Below, one piece after another: positions 1-13,881 of a stretch of DNA of 64,000 bases. The position numbers and the translations under genes were made by a program. The stretch comes from Dimorphilus gyrociliatus (Eukaryota > Animalia > Annelida). Below the pieces are notes generated by a model. It made no database searches, was not told the origin of the DNA, and worked only from the letters and a program-made list of their open reading frames with translations. Each line of letters starts with the position of its first letter. The stretch's first letter is position 1. The DNA lies in contig CAJFCJ010000023.1 of assembly GCA_904063045.1 (NCBI GenBank), positions 682,001 through 746,000 on the forward strand. The letters are read 5' to 3'.

Positions 1-1256
1 TATCAAAATTTGACATTAATCTAATTTTATTTAAGCCTAATCTACATTAGATGTTTGTATACTTGCAATGAATTTCGTATATATCCCTCCTCCTCTTTTT
101 TTTCCTATAAGCTGGAAAAATTTCTTTTTATGATAAATTGTTCCATCTTAGTAAATAATTTCCCTTCAAAGTGTCTATATAAGTGATAGACACTTTCCTA
201 TCTCGTTTGCATTGACGTCTGTAGCGGTTACATTATATAAAAGTAATGATCACGTGGTCAAGTCATGCCAACTTTTACACACACACCGCAAATTATATTT
301 CTTTTCTTTTCTCTTTACTTTCATTAAATGATAATATAAATAGATATGAAAGAATTGGTGAGTAACTATATTATATTAAGCTATACAGTATATACATCGT
401 ACACTGCAAACTACCTTATGTAAAATATACAATGCGTATATTAGTAATGAGTAAGAAGTATATAATCTCTCTCGCTCTCTTACTCTTTCCCTCTTTCCCT
501 CTTTCCCTCAATATACAGTATATTAGTATATATAACCTAACTTTTATGTCATCGTGAGGAATTTTATGCGATTACCCTTAACCCTAACAGATACACCACG
601 TAGGATGACAAAAAATGAAAAGTGTAAACTTGATCAAATTCTTGAGGACGAACAACGAGCCACGAACTATTCTTTTTTCGACAGATAATAATCGTTTAAT
701 ACCTTCATTCTACGCAAACTAACGTCAAATTCTATTGAATATAGAATCGACATATGTGAGAAAGAGGGAGACGGTTGCGAGGGGAAGAAAATAAGAAGAA
801 CGCTTAAGAAACCTTTTTCTATATGAAGGAAATATAAGAAAAAAAGCAAATATTTTTTCGCTTTGAGCATATTCCACTAATTAGTTGACTTCATTAATTT
901 GTTCGTTTCGTCGTTAAACTATATACTGCGTATTCTTCTATTCAACATTTATATTTATAAGTTGAGATAAAAGGTTAGAAAGGAAGGAGAAAGGATTAGG
1001 ATCCATATAGATAGAGAGTGAAAAACGATAGCTGTAAATTACTATTTAGGGATGGGGAATGGAATTAAAGCTGCTGAACTTGTCGGAGGTCAATGGCGAG
1101 GGTTGAAGGCCTTGTAGACTGGCTGTTGAAGCAAAAAAGAAGCGGATTATCGATATTTAAATTTTGCCTAATTGCCAAGCATACTTGTGTAAAAAGAAAA
1201 AAAATTGTTCCTCTAAGAAATGCGCGCACGCGCTCTTCGAAGCGTTTACCGTTCTT

Positions 1257-1264
1257 TATAAAAG
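1257..1264 (+). promoter_or_regulatory. TATA box of the neuropeptide precursor gene
   Basis: TATAAAAG lies about 30 nt upstream of a pyrimidine-CA initiator-like site (~1289) and 58 nt upstream of the ATG at 1315. Confidence 0.55.
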
Positions 1265-1314
1265 CCGCTGCGTAAGCGTCTTTTCTATCACAGACACGAG
1301 TTTCGACGGAAGAG

Positions 1315-2763
1315 ATGAGAGCTATAATTTTTGGTCTACTAGTATGCCTAGTTCTGGCAAACGCCAACTTTTATGGAAAAAGAGGTAGATATATTTGAAC
1401 TTTTAAACTTGAAGCAGTCATTCTTCTCGTCTCGTTAGTTAAAAGATGATCAACTACACTGTAAATATTGTAAATGAAATCGATAATCATTACGTAAACC
1501 GAGCTAGTCATTCTCTTTTATTCTCTGCAAAATATTCCACTTTATGTCTAATAAAAAAAGATACAATAAGAAGAAACTGAAGAATACGCAAAACCTAACA
1601 CTGGCCTCTTTTCTAAATGAATTTACTTTTCATTATGAAAATTGGATAATAATTTCTCTGCTAAATTCAACTAAGGCGAGAGGAAGGTGAGGAAGAAGAG
1701 GAAGAACACGAGGAAGAAGAAGAAGGGAAAGATAACTCGATTGACGGGAAAAAATTGAGACAATATACTCTTTTTCAAGCATAATAACCGATAATCAAAT
1801 ATCTCAATTGTGTTACTTGGTATAGTTTATTCATTCATTCATTCGTTCGCAATGCGAACACCTACACATAAATATATGTATAGATTTCGGGTCAAGATGA
1901 TGCGTGTTTTTTGCTTGAACAGCATTATTTCGTTAAGCAAGTCGTTCGCTTGCTTTTCTCCTCCTTCTACCTTCTTACTTTTTGTATTTGTTGCTTAGTT
2001 ATTTATTTACTTCTAGTGGTTGTTGAGCTGGTTGCCTATTTCATAAATTTAATAAGGCTACATATTTTGGCATTTAAAAAAGAAATTAGAAACCTACCCT
2101 TGCCTAACAGGCGAAATAAGATATTCAGTAGAACAGAATAATCAAAATATTTTTGGTTCATCAAAAAGTTCAATAAGAAAATTATATCATCATCTGATAG
2201 TTCTTCACCCCTCTCAATCTTCTTCGACAGGCAGAGAGGAGAGAGACGAAAGGACGAGAGAGAGACAGAGACAGAGAGAGAAGGAGATAAAGAAAGTAGA
2301 AAGGAAGGAAGAGAGATAAAAAGTAGAGGGAATAATAATTGATTATGAAAGAATGAAAGAATCTATATATACAGTACATATATTAATATATATTTCTCTG
2401 TAATCTATTCTTCTTAAGTACTTAATAAATGACTATAAATTAGTAAATATGTATAGATAATTTGCTGGTGTTGTAATAAACGATATATAGGAAAGATACA
2501 TTATACAAACACTATATTCTGTAGATTTCTTTGTTTGCATAAATACCATGGATATTTACAGATATTGATTAAAAAGTAACTAATAATTGCTTTTCTCTAC
2601 AAACACAGATTTCGGTGGGAAATCATTAAAAGAAATGTTGGCTAGCGCAGGGAATGAAGCTGATCAGCTGGAAGCAGTTCAAACTATAATGAAAATTGAC
2701 GAAATTTTGAACAACTATAAAGCGTCGAGGTTTGCATCATTCAAGAGAAACGGAAGAAAATGA
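1315..2763 (+). CDS. Neuropeptide precursor, NdWFamide-like (predicted mature peptide NFY-amide), 74 aa
   Basis: join(1315..1384,2609..2763), phase-1 GT-AG intron. Translation: MRAIIFGLLVCLVLANA-NFY-GKR-DFGGKSLKEMLASAGNEADQLEAVQTIMKIDEILNNYKASRFASFKRNGRK*. Has a hydrophobic signal peptide ending A-N-A, a Gly amide donor plus KR cleavage site, and AATAAA immediately at the stop. Confidence 0.8.
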
Positions 2764-3928
2764 ATAAAAAGATCTAATAGAGTTGACAATTTTCTTTTGT
2801 TCAAATCTCTGGAATCTACCTTAACGCGCTTAATACATGTATGAAAAATATGAGCTATTTTATGATAGTATTATACATTTGAATCTATATCTATATATAC
2901 TCTTAGTACCCATAAATATAGATTCATTGTATATTTTTAAACGCTGTATATTCACTATATGTGGTTTACGAAATACAGGTGTACATATACAAATATACTG
3001 TACATGTATACAGTATACACAATATATAAATATACATACTGTATAGACGAGATACATAAATATGTATATAAACATCTTTGCAGGCACTGATAAGCATATA
3101 TCAAATACTAATAGTTATCGTTATAATTGCTATTGCCATCAAACGCCTTTTTGTATAGGCCTTCTCTATAATCAAGGGAAGAGCCATCTAATTGCTTCCA
3201 ATAGCAAAATATTTATCAGGGTTTATCGGGTAAAGCGGAGAGCGAGAAAGAGAGAAGAACAGAAATAGACAACCAAAAAGAAAAAGTATATATTTACCAT
3301 CAAATTATGCACGAAAGGATAAGAATTAAAGGAAAAAGTACAAGGTAATAGATGACTACTTGTATCATTTAGTTGTTTAATGTAACTCTACATTACAAAC
3401 TGCGTTTTTATAGAGGAAAATCTTTTATAATAGTAAAATATACAGGCTAACAAACTATTTATTGTAGAAAATGAATTTTAAATGGCTTTTCTCTTTCATT
3501 TACTAATAATGTAATTAAAAATTCAATTACCCGTCTTTCTTTCTATCTCTCTTGCCAACAGTTATCCGATATTTACCTTAAGGTTATCTTTATTTAAAAA
3601 AAACGCTTGCATCGTTGATTTCTAACTCATTATCGCCAAATTACACTCTTCCACATTTCCAACGAATATTTTCATTTCTTCAGTTTTAGCCTTACGCATT
3701 CTCTTTCTTCTTCACTTTTTTCTTTTTCCTAATCCTTTCTTTCTTCCTCAGACTCTCTTTTAATCAAAGAGAGGAATAGGTATTAACTGAAAATTTCTTA
3801 AAATTAAAATACTTAAGCCGAGCTTTTAGCGGAGAGTATTTTTGAAAAAGGAAAGCATACTGAGAGAGAGAGAGAGAGCAGACAATCATTATTAGTAGTT
3901 ATTAAATATATTATTATTTTGGATTTAC

Positions 3929-4136
3929 GCAGCGTACTCTTGAAGAATATTACGAGAACAAGCAGTGACATTATCGAAATATCGCATTTTATTCAGTTCA
4001 AAATATTCCATCAAATCCAGTACAAGACTGTAATACAAAAGAACGTGGAATTTTAGTATATTTTATTACCTCATTAAATGATATTGTCTCTTTGGTAGTC
4101 TTTTAACTGGTGCTAGTGGATCCTTCTCCAGGTAAA
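3929..4136 (-). CDS. Two frame-compatible internal exons of an unidentified gene
   Basis: Exons 4136..4070 and 4027..3929 are separated by a 42-nt GT-AG intron and read (V)YLEKDPLAPVKRLPKRQYHLMSLVLDLMEYFELNKMRYFDNVTACSRNILQEYA. No family recognised; flanking exons unresolved. Confidence 0.3.
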
Positions 4137-7100
4137 CTTTCGTACACATTAGTAAAAGACACCTATCCATACAGGGTTGTACCTATAGCGGCCGGTCTGA
4201 CCGTAAATTATTAAACATTTTATTCATATCGAATAGGTAGATAAATGAATCAAACAACCAACAAGCCAAGTAAGCAAAATATAAATACCGTTATAATAAA
4301 ATGCTGAAAAGGTTTTATTTTTAAAAGAAGAGACCTGGAGAACTTTATTCATTTTAATTATATCCAAAGTAAGAGAATAGCTATAAAAGTACTCTTCTCC
4401 TCCTCTATCATTAATTAACGAAAACATTATTAATTTATTCTTATTCTGTAATCTACACGTAAAATTAAAAGTTAATTTTAAATTATCCAGTCAAAAAGAG
4501 AAGAGATAAAATACGAAATTGCACCAGCCTCTTTACAGATAGTTTATCTCAATAATAAACCTCATCTAAAGAAATTTAACAGATTTAATTTGTAACTGAA
4601 ATTTAACTGAAAGGTAGAAAGTCCAAAAAACCCTACAAACAAACAATAAAGAAAGGGAGGGAGGAAGAACAGAGGAGAGAAAGAGCGACAGAGAGAGAGA
4701 GAAGAGAGAGAAAGAGAGGGAGTGAGAGAGGGAGAGTAAGTGAGTGAGTGAGTGAGTGAGTAAGAAAGGAAGGAGAAAAGAAAGGAAGAAAGAAAAAATT
4801 TGAAAATGAAAAGCATTCTTTCATGCGAGGTTTTTCATTTTTTCTTCACTATCTGCATTTTTTCATCATTCGTAGAGTCGTCAGAAGACTAGCCAGAGAG
4901 TGTACTTTATCTCTATATACCATATATCTATATATATACATTGTATATAGCATACTTTCTACGTATCTTGCAAAAAAAAGGTGACTTGAGAATTTTTGCG
5001 GTGACGAATCGAGTTATCAAGTACAGTACTGTAAATGGTAGTTAAGCTTTGTTGTCTTTTTTTCATCGTCTCCTTGCTCTTGTTCTTCTTCACCTTCTTC
5101 TCATTGGCCAATCTCCTAGGGGTGACGCAACTTTTTTCATAATATACTGTTAGTGAGAAAAAGGAATGGTGACAAGGTAATGTGCTCAAGGCCTACTAGG
5201 CTGATTGATGGAGATGTAAAACTTTACCTAGTCAACCTCCCACTCAAGCCCAGGTTGTATGAAATTAAAAATAATCAACCAAATGTCATTCTACTATTCA
5301 AACTTATTAAAGAGAAAGATATTAAATTTGGGTGAAATTTGCTTGGTTAAGACTACTTTTACTCCTTCAACGTATGTGCTTAGTCTCTAAATAGGGAGAG
5401 TTTCTGTTTACACAAACATATGGTAAAGATGAGGTTGTTGGATAAAAGAACTGATTTGATAGCTACCAAAGTAAATTGACTTTTATACAGATCTTTTGTA
5501 CGATTCTATCGGATTCTTATTTAAGATATAAGTATTATTCAACGATTTTTCGTAGAATTCTCTTAAATAATAACTCGCATCTTTCATTGGTAAATTCCTT
5601 GGTGCTAATCCTTTTGATATTTTTCCCTCCCTCCGTCCTTCTCTCTATCTCTATCTCTGTCTCTCTGTCTCTCTGTCTCTCTCTCTCCCTCTCTCTCTCT
5701 CCCAAAAAGATTATTAACTTTTCAAATATCTTTAATTTTCTTTGCTATTTCCATTTCTCATTTTCCCATTTCCCATGTGCAGTCCAATTGAAAAAAGAGT
5801 TAAAAATCTTTTTGTCGCATTCCAATCTATTTGCAAGCCATTTAAATTATTCGGATCAATTAATAAATAAATAAATAATGTAATTAATTGAGTTTATGTA
5901 AATTAGTGTCCAGATTCGATAGTTAGGTAGTTAATTCATTCGTTAATTCATTCGTTTATTTTCTGAATGGTTTAGAAATATTATTTCGCTGCTGAAAATA
6001 AATTGCAAAATCATTTAGCGAAGGAAAAAACAGCGATACTTGACAAAGGTTTCCCTCTATCAAGCCTTTGAAAACCAATCCGTTTCTCACTAAACGCTTT
6101 TTACATTTAGAAACGTGGTCAAGGGCTAAGCTGCGGGTAATTCTTTAACATATATTCAGTATACAGTATATATACTCTATATACTAATATATACTTGTTA
6201 TGTACAATTCTTCGACATTCTAAATGATTTAATTTAATTCAATGTCATTCTATAGACTTTTAGGTTTTACTTGATTTTCTCTTCTAATAACAAATACACT
6301 ATTAAAATATAAACTCAAATCATTTCATTATAGGAGAAGAAGCTAATTTACGGAATTTGATTTTTCCGTTATATTCAACAGGCAGAAACTAATGATTTCC
6401 TATTCAAAATATAATCCCTCCATCAATCAGTCAATCAACAGTTTGAATATTTTTTTACTTAATTCTTTAGGTGAAGAATTCTCTAATTTTTTTATTGAAA
6501 TATTAAATAGAATTAACAATATTGCTTTCTAGACGAGAAAGGAAAAAAAGCAGAGAGAGAGAGAGAGACGGACAGACAGACTTTACTTTTCTCTTAGACT
6601 TTAGCTCCATCTTTTGGATAAGAAAACTTTTTGATTTCGTTTGACGTTTACCAATAAATCTTGCTTGTAGATAAGAAGAGATGAACTATTTTTCTTTTAT
6701 TTGTTTTCGTTCGAAGCAGCTTTATTTATTTACATAAGCATATTTCACAAAGCGTTCCGATTATTCGTACTTCTTTATGTAGAAAGAAGAACTAGTTGAA
6801 CTATCAATTGATTATTAAGTTTTATTGAAAATTCAATCATTCCATTTAAATCTCCGCCAGAACATTGCGGATTGGCAAAACCATTAAGCTCGTAGTGTTC
6901 TCGTACATCTCTACTCTATGTTATAGAGAATATACGCTTATGAGCAAATATACTCTATAGTATATATGTTTTCCTAGTACTGTCCGCTATCGCCTGCAAA
7001 CGTAAAATGCTTTTGCACACTAACATTTATGTACTGTGATTATGTTATCCATCCACAGAGTGTCGATGGTATTTCTTCCCTCTCTTCCTTAAATATCAAA

Positions 7101-8530
7101 CTGAATCACTGTAAGTAGCATACTGCTATCTTTAACTGATTGTTGTTATACTCTCAAAAATAGCTAGAATAGCTCTCTTTCGAATAAAAATAAAGTACAC
7201 CTAGCAGACATTTATTATAAAATATACGTGTTGAATAAATAACCTATAGATTGTTAAAAGAAATTTCGGCTAATAGTACAGAATATCATGTATAAAGAGA
7301 TTATATCTAATATAGCATCCGTACGAAAGTGGAACATGTGGATAAATATGCGAAGAGGATGTGTTCATGGAGTCTCTCCCTTCTCCTATGTTTTTCCTTC
7401 ATTCCTTCTATCTGTGCGTGTATGTGTGTGAGTGTGAGTGTGTATGTGTCTGTGTCTGTGTCTCTATCTCTGTCTCTGTCTCTACCTGTCTATCTGTCTT
7501 TCTCCCTCTCTTCTTCCGTCCCTGCCTCCGTCCCTGCCTTCCTCCTGCTCTCTTCTTAACATCATATAAATTACGCACTTAGCTGTAGCCACATGTAGAA
7601 TAATATTTCAAGGTTAATGATATTTTGAAATCCGCTATCCTCATCAAAATGTATCAAAAGAGAAAGAGTTGAAGTCTAGGGGAATGAAAGATTTTAAAAG
7701 TCATCGAGTACTGTTGTTGAGTACTGATTATTAGATGTTTCTTGTATTATGCCAAATATATCATATTTATGGAAACTATATTAAAAAGATAATGTAAACA
7801 AAGAAAAGAAAACGCAATAAAATCATTGATTTCAGCTTTTTTAACCTGGGAAAAGTCGGCAAAGTCTCGTTTTCTTCTTTCTTTTCTTTTTCGCCTTATA
7901 AATCAACCAAAGATTTATGGCTATTTTTTAATGCCTATGCATAACCTGTTGGCAACCTTCTCTTAGTTAATACCATCTATCTTGGAACTTCCTCCCTTAT
8001 TATGAAATATTCGAAAGAGAGGTGTTGCCATTAATTAAAGAGAATATACTGTATATAGTATTTAGGAGTGAGATTGTAAATGTATTATTTGACTTACTTC
8101 ATCTGCCAGAAGGTAAAAGTGGTGAATTGGCGAAGAGAGGAGAGAAGAAGCTATTATAATTTTCACTTATTATCCTTACAGGCTATCTAATTGCTAATTT
8201 GATAGTGATCTACGCTAGGAATGAGGAATGCGCGAAATGTGTGTTTAAGAAATATACAATATATATATATATACTGTATTAACATTATCTATGTCGTTTT
8301 AATGAGGGTTATGAAGAGAAGATTTTGACGAATAAGCAATTATTCCCTTATATATTATAGATACTGTATACTGTATATAAATAGCCTATATATACATGTA
8401 TATGTTCGCAATCTAATGATTGTATGTTTTTTGTATTTCTCTCCTCGAAAGAAGCAACGATCCGCTGTATATTCAATTTCACATAGCATAGCTGGGTGGA
8501 GAAATCGTGATAATTTTAATTAAAACAAAC

Positions 8531-9359
8531 ATGGCGACATACGACAAACTGAGAAGAGGATATCGCGTATTTATCGGAGATATTGGCAATGATATTAGTA
8601 TTTTCGACTTGGATAATGAATTAAAATTTTTAGGTTTAGATAATCTTCGCGATATGTGGATTATAAGGTGTGAGATTAAATTAGTAGGATTATTTCAAAA
8701 TTGAATATTTTACTATTTTTCCTATCTATCTCTCTCATACATTCATTGAAGAAAAAGCAATATATTGCTCAATATATTGCTGTATACTGTATAGAATAAT
8801 CTCTATCAAATATATAACAAGGACTCTTTATCTCTTTAAAACAACTGTTCACTTAGAGACTTTCACTGAGAATCAACACAAAAAAACACAGAAACTCAGA
8901 CAAAACTTAAGCTTACTATTTTGCAGTTGTTAGCTCTTAACTGTTGTATACTTTTAAGAAAATGTGAATAGAGAATAATGCAGTAGGCAGTCTAGTAGAT
9001 TTTCAATACTTTGATACATAGTATGTGTCTTTCAATTATAAAAGATAATAGGTTACAATGAAGAAATTCAATTAGAAACGACAGAAGAAAAACAATACGG
9101 CATTAAATTTCAATTCTTGCAGACGCCCTCCCGGATTTGCTTTCCTTGTTTATAAAAAAGCGAGAGACGCTGAGGAGCTGGTGCAGAAATTGGACGGAAA
9201 GTATGGTCCCGTTTCAACACTTTCGTCTATAGTTTTTATATATATATTCAACCTAAAATTAGGGTTTTATGCGGCAAACGAGTACGTGTAGAGCACGCCA
9301 AACCCGACGGAAAGCGTGGACCGAGAAGGAAGAGGGTTAAAACTCATAAAAAGTCTTAG
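8531..9359 (+). CDS. SRSF3/SRSF7 (Rbp1/9G8)-like single-RRM protein, 103 aa, no RS domain
   Basis: join(8531..8667,9123..9200,9263..9359). Contains YRVFIGDIG (RNP2), RPPGFAFLVY (RNP1) and KLDGKVLCGKRVRVEHA, which match the SRSF3 RRM pattern NPPGFAFVEF...LDGRTLCGCRVRVE. Confidence 0.8.
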
Positions 9360-9497
9360 AGAGAAAGAAAGAAAGAAAGAAAGGAAGGGAAGAGAAATTG
9401 TTTGTTTTTATATTATTTTATTTTGAAAAAATATCAATGAAATACAAAAAAGAGGAACAGATGTAGAAAAAAATTTGTTAAAGAGTTTGTTTTTGGT

Positions 9498-10471
9498 TTA
9501 TAAACGACCCAAATTGACTGGTTCATTTTCGAAAGCTTCTTCTTCGTCTTTTGCATTTTCTCCCTTCCTTTTTCTAGAGGCTAACAGGAATATTATTCCA
9601 GCCGAACCATACGCCATAAACACAAACCACGCCAGAATAAAACAAAACCCATAATGATAAACTGACCCTTGAGGATGCCTTTTCTTTAGGAAAGTCTTCT
9701 CGTAAATCACCGATTTGTCCAGCACTTCAACAGTCACCAGAACGCAAACGGCTGTAAAGGGGAAAGAGACAACCGCCATCTATAGGATCAACTTTTTTTA
9801 AATTTAGATTAACAACTATTGATAAATTAATCTTAACGAATTACGTGTTAGTAGCATATTTGATCTAATACTGTTAGATAAATCTCGTCTTTCTACGTTG
9901 AGAGTCTGGCAGATGTTTATAGAAAAAACAAAAGCCAACCAAATAAATGAAAAGGGTAGTGAAAGGATGAGAAGAGGAGAATAAGAACAGAAAGACCAGG
10001 AAGAAGAGGAAGAAAGAGGTGAAATACTGAAACATGTAGTATATCTCTTACAGTGTTTATAGATTGTAAATAATAAACTGATTTGGTGTTATATTTTTCA
10101 AGCGTTCACTTGAAATATGCAGTAAAATGAGCAAATTAAATAGAATATGTAATAAATGTTAATAATAATTTATAGATAGTTAGTATTTCGTCTCTCAAAC
10201 TCTATAAATAACTACTACTGACACTGGCTCTGCCTTTTTCTTCTTCTTTTTCTTCTTCTTTTTCTTCTTCTTCTTCTTCTTTTTCTACTATTCATTTTCA
10301 GCCAGAAAATATATGATAATTGGACATAATCTTACTTGAATTTCTTCTTTTCGAGTCTATTTCTTTTCTCGTTGTTTTCATTTTTAACTAGTTTTCGCAT
10401 AGTGATGCTTATAACAGACGGTCAACAGGTGTTTAAAATCGTTTAGAGAAACTAAAAGTCTTCTTCCCTCA

Positions 10472-10503
<32 letters not shown>

Positions 10504-11735
10504 AAATATATATGATATAGGCAATAGATATCCAACAGTTCCGATTTTTAGATTGTACAGTAGAGATGACTTTATTACCAACCCGCCCCACCTGCTTGTT
10601 CGGAAAGTCCGTGTTAAAACTTTAATCCTCTTTATAAGCCTATTGAGTAATCAAGTCCAAAAAAAAGAGAGAGAGATTAACACGCAAACACCTAAGCTTT
10701 AACAGTTTGTAAATGAAAAACGAAAGAAGGCGGTAAACTACTTAAAGAGGTCTGCAACCTATTAGGATAGTAAATGATAACTCATCATTCAAATTAAGAC
10801 TTAGGCACGTCAGTTACTATATCAAAAAGAACATGTGAATGGATTACAAGAGTAAAGAAGAAAGGTAAAGAAGAGAAGAAGAAGAAGATAAGTAATAATA
10901 ATATTAACGTTCAACAGTTGAATGTTTTTCCTTGTTGTTCAACATGTCAGAATGTTCATATCAGCCAATTAATTAGATTATACGACAAGTGAATTAACTA
11001 ATAAAACAAATTCATGAAATTTACTAATCATTCGTATTTTCAGCCTTTTCTTACATACCTGTCATCAGATGTAAGAAGGCGGCCAAACGTTTAAACATGT
11101 ACCTCTTCTCTCTCATACTGTATATGGCAAAAATTTGAGTTATTACCATAAGAAGAATCGCCATAACAGCAAAAGCCGTTTCTGTTCTAGTATAATCTTG
11201 AAAGGGAAAAGTTAAGGTTAGTTTATCCTCTTCCAGTCTTGACAAACGATACTTACTGACGATATGCTTGTCAATTTCGGGATCTCGATCGATTTCCTCT
11301 GCACTCGGGAAAAGCTTTATAGGGTCGCAGGATTCCTCTGAAAAAAAGGGAAGCGATTAAGCCTATAATTTTCTCTACGCTCACTTTACTGCTCTACTGT
11401 AAAATCGCTAAAGATTAAACATGAAAATTTTTTAAGGAACCTTCCTCCCCTCGCTAACCTTGTGCATTTCCGCAACTGCAAAGGGGAAAAGATCTACGGG
11501 GTTACATTCAATTGAACTTTTGTCCTCACAAAGCCTAAATCCTTAACATCCTTTCCAATTTGTTAAGAAAAAAGACAAGATAAATAAGAAGGAAGAGAGA
11601 AGAAATTTTTTCTTTCTAATCGTGTAAATAAAATGTCTCCTTTATTTTTACTATCTCTTCCTTCTTTCTCTCATCTCATATAATAGGGTTTTCCGACTAT
11701 TTTCCTGCATTTTTGTTAATATAATCGGTTATTGG

Positions 11736-11768
<33 letters not shown>

Positions 11769-12911
11769 CGAGAGAACAGAGAGAGAGAAAGTATGTGTGT
11801 GTATGTGTGTTTCTGTGTGTGAGCATATGTGCATGAAACTAGTAGAGAAGGAGAAGGAATGAGAGATTGAAGTATGTTGTATTTACAGGGAAAAATAAAA
11901 CCTCGTAATATTAGGTCATTTGCTTATTCGAATCTAAGGGGGGAATGTTTACAACACCTATAAAGAACAATTTAGAAAATACTGGGATTGCTGCTATGAA
12001 TTAGGTTGCATATGTTTTTATTGCAGGTGCTCTTTTATTTCTTCCTTCAGTAATTCCCTCTATTCCCCTCTTCGCCTCCTTTCCAGACCTGCCTTTCTTT
12101 AATTGCCTCCCTAACACTATATACTGTAATAATGTAGAAAAAATAATTGAAGGTCGCTGGTAAGAATTGAAAGCAAGTTTATCGAGCGATTGATGGGAAG
12201 AGAAACATAGTGAAAATTAATATTTCGAGAATATTACCCTGGTTCATTAGGCTAAAATTTCAACACATCCTACTATATTTCTAAAATGGATTAGATTCAT
12301 TTGCACCTCTGACTCTTTCGGTGAAATTCTTTTAGAGATAATATCTGCAAATTCGATATATAACACTGTGGCGATTTGGTGATTAGGAGATCCGTGGAAC
12401 TAGAACGACTACTGTAATAAATAAATAAATAAAATGGGAAATCGGTTTCTATCCATTTCAAGCCTTCTAAACCCCTATTAAAGCCAATTTCGTATTAGAT
12501 GTTTCGTATATTTCCGACACCATTTTCCAATCGCATTCGTCCTATGATCGGCCAATTCATACCTTCTTACCAATGGGACATAATTGGCTAATATGGGAGG
12601 AAATTGCATTAAAGGAGTAAAAGTAAAGAGAAAGAAGTTGATGCGTAATAATTCCGTAATTGTGTCGGACAAGACTGACTACATTCGACTCTGTAAACTT
12701 GTTAATAATTTAAATTATTTCTAGTTATTTTTTTTACCTTTCTCTTTTGGATAAATAAGAAATAAGCGCATTAAGTTGATATACTATTATACTAATATAC
12801 TAATATACTAATATAGTAATTCATACAGTATACACCACACATCATATATTATCTGTACACAGTATACATACGCCACATATTCTATTCTCTATGCTCTCTC
12901 TTCTCTCTCTT

Positions 12912-12966
<55 letters not shown>

Positions 12967-13881
12967 TGCTATTCCGCTTTGATCTATCAATGTTCTTTCT
13001 TTCAAAGTCGATTTATCAATCTATCGGCTTGTCTTCTATATATTTACTATCGCTTACCTTCATTGACCAAAATTACTTGTTTGTTTGTTAGTTCGTTCGC
13101 TTTTTCCTTTTTCTTCCTTTTTTTCTCATTTCTATCCCTCTCAATCACTTATGTATATAGATACACTGTACAAGCTCGTGTGCAGCTTACATTATTCATT
13201 TTCTATAGGCAAATGTAGCCAATGATATAATTATAAGTGTATAAAGTTTTTCGCTCCTATTGTTAGCCAGGATAAGCGCTGCCTTTATCATATTAGAACT
13301 AGAATTATCACGATTGTCTCCTAAGTCAATAATGTCATGTATAGTATAAATTCACTTAAAACATAATCAATATAAGAGCTATCAATTTTTCAACACCTCT
13401 CAATAGACATTATAAACCAAGTAGAATCCTTACTATTTACTCTTTTCTTTCTTGACGCTCTCTCTCTCTCTCTGTGTCTCTCTGTCGCTCTGTCTTCAAT
13501 CTACTCTCTCTCTCTCTCTCTCTCTTATGTTTCCTTTCTCAATCTATCTGTCTCTCACCTCTTCAATCTACTCCTACCCTCCCCCCCCCACCTCCTTAAT
13601 CTCTTCCTTTCTTTGACGTAACCTTTTTTCCTACTAGGCCGCTTGCCCTACTTACCGTAATTTTCAGCATTCTTATATCTACGCGTTCTGCAAATTCTCC
13701 ATAATCCACTCCGATGAGAAAGCATAAAACTTCCAGTTTTATTATCCCATTCAGCTTTGTCGTAAGTAACGCTTATCCAATAGTCAGTAGTTGAACAAAC
13801 TAACCATATTAATCCTGCAAAAATAGTACTTATTGTGGCCGAAGTTAGCCACCTCTTTTGAGTGCATAATTTTCGACCCAT
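9498..13881 (-). CDS. Claudin/PMP22/TMEM114-like four-TM protein, ~232 aa
   Basis: complement(join(9498..9751,11059..11196,11257..11337,13656..13881)), all phases consistent. TM1 is followed by TDYW and the claudin-family SGLWRIC motif with a second Cys; TM4 has YHYGFCFILAW; the tail ends ENEPVNLGRL. Confidence 0.88.

Noticed and set aside
1065-1388. Track ORFs 1065..1367(-), 1093..1275(+) and 1164..1388(+)
   Set aside because: They are better explained as alternative frames over the promoter and first exon of the neuropeptide gene, which has a signal peptide, TATA box and phase-matched second exon.
12478-12672. Track ORF in intron 1 of the tetraspan gene as an alternative exon
   Set aside because: It has an in-frame stop or a phase mismatch with exon 2, and no recognisable motif.
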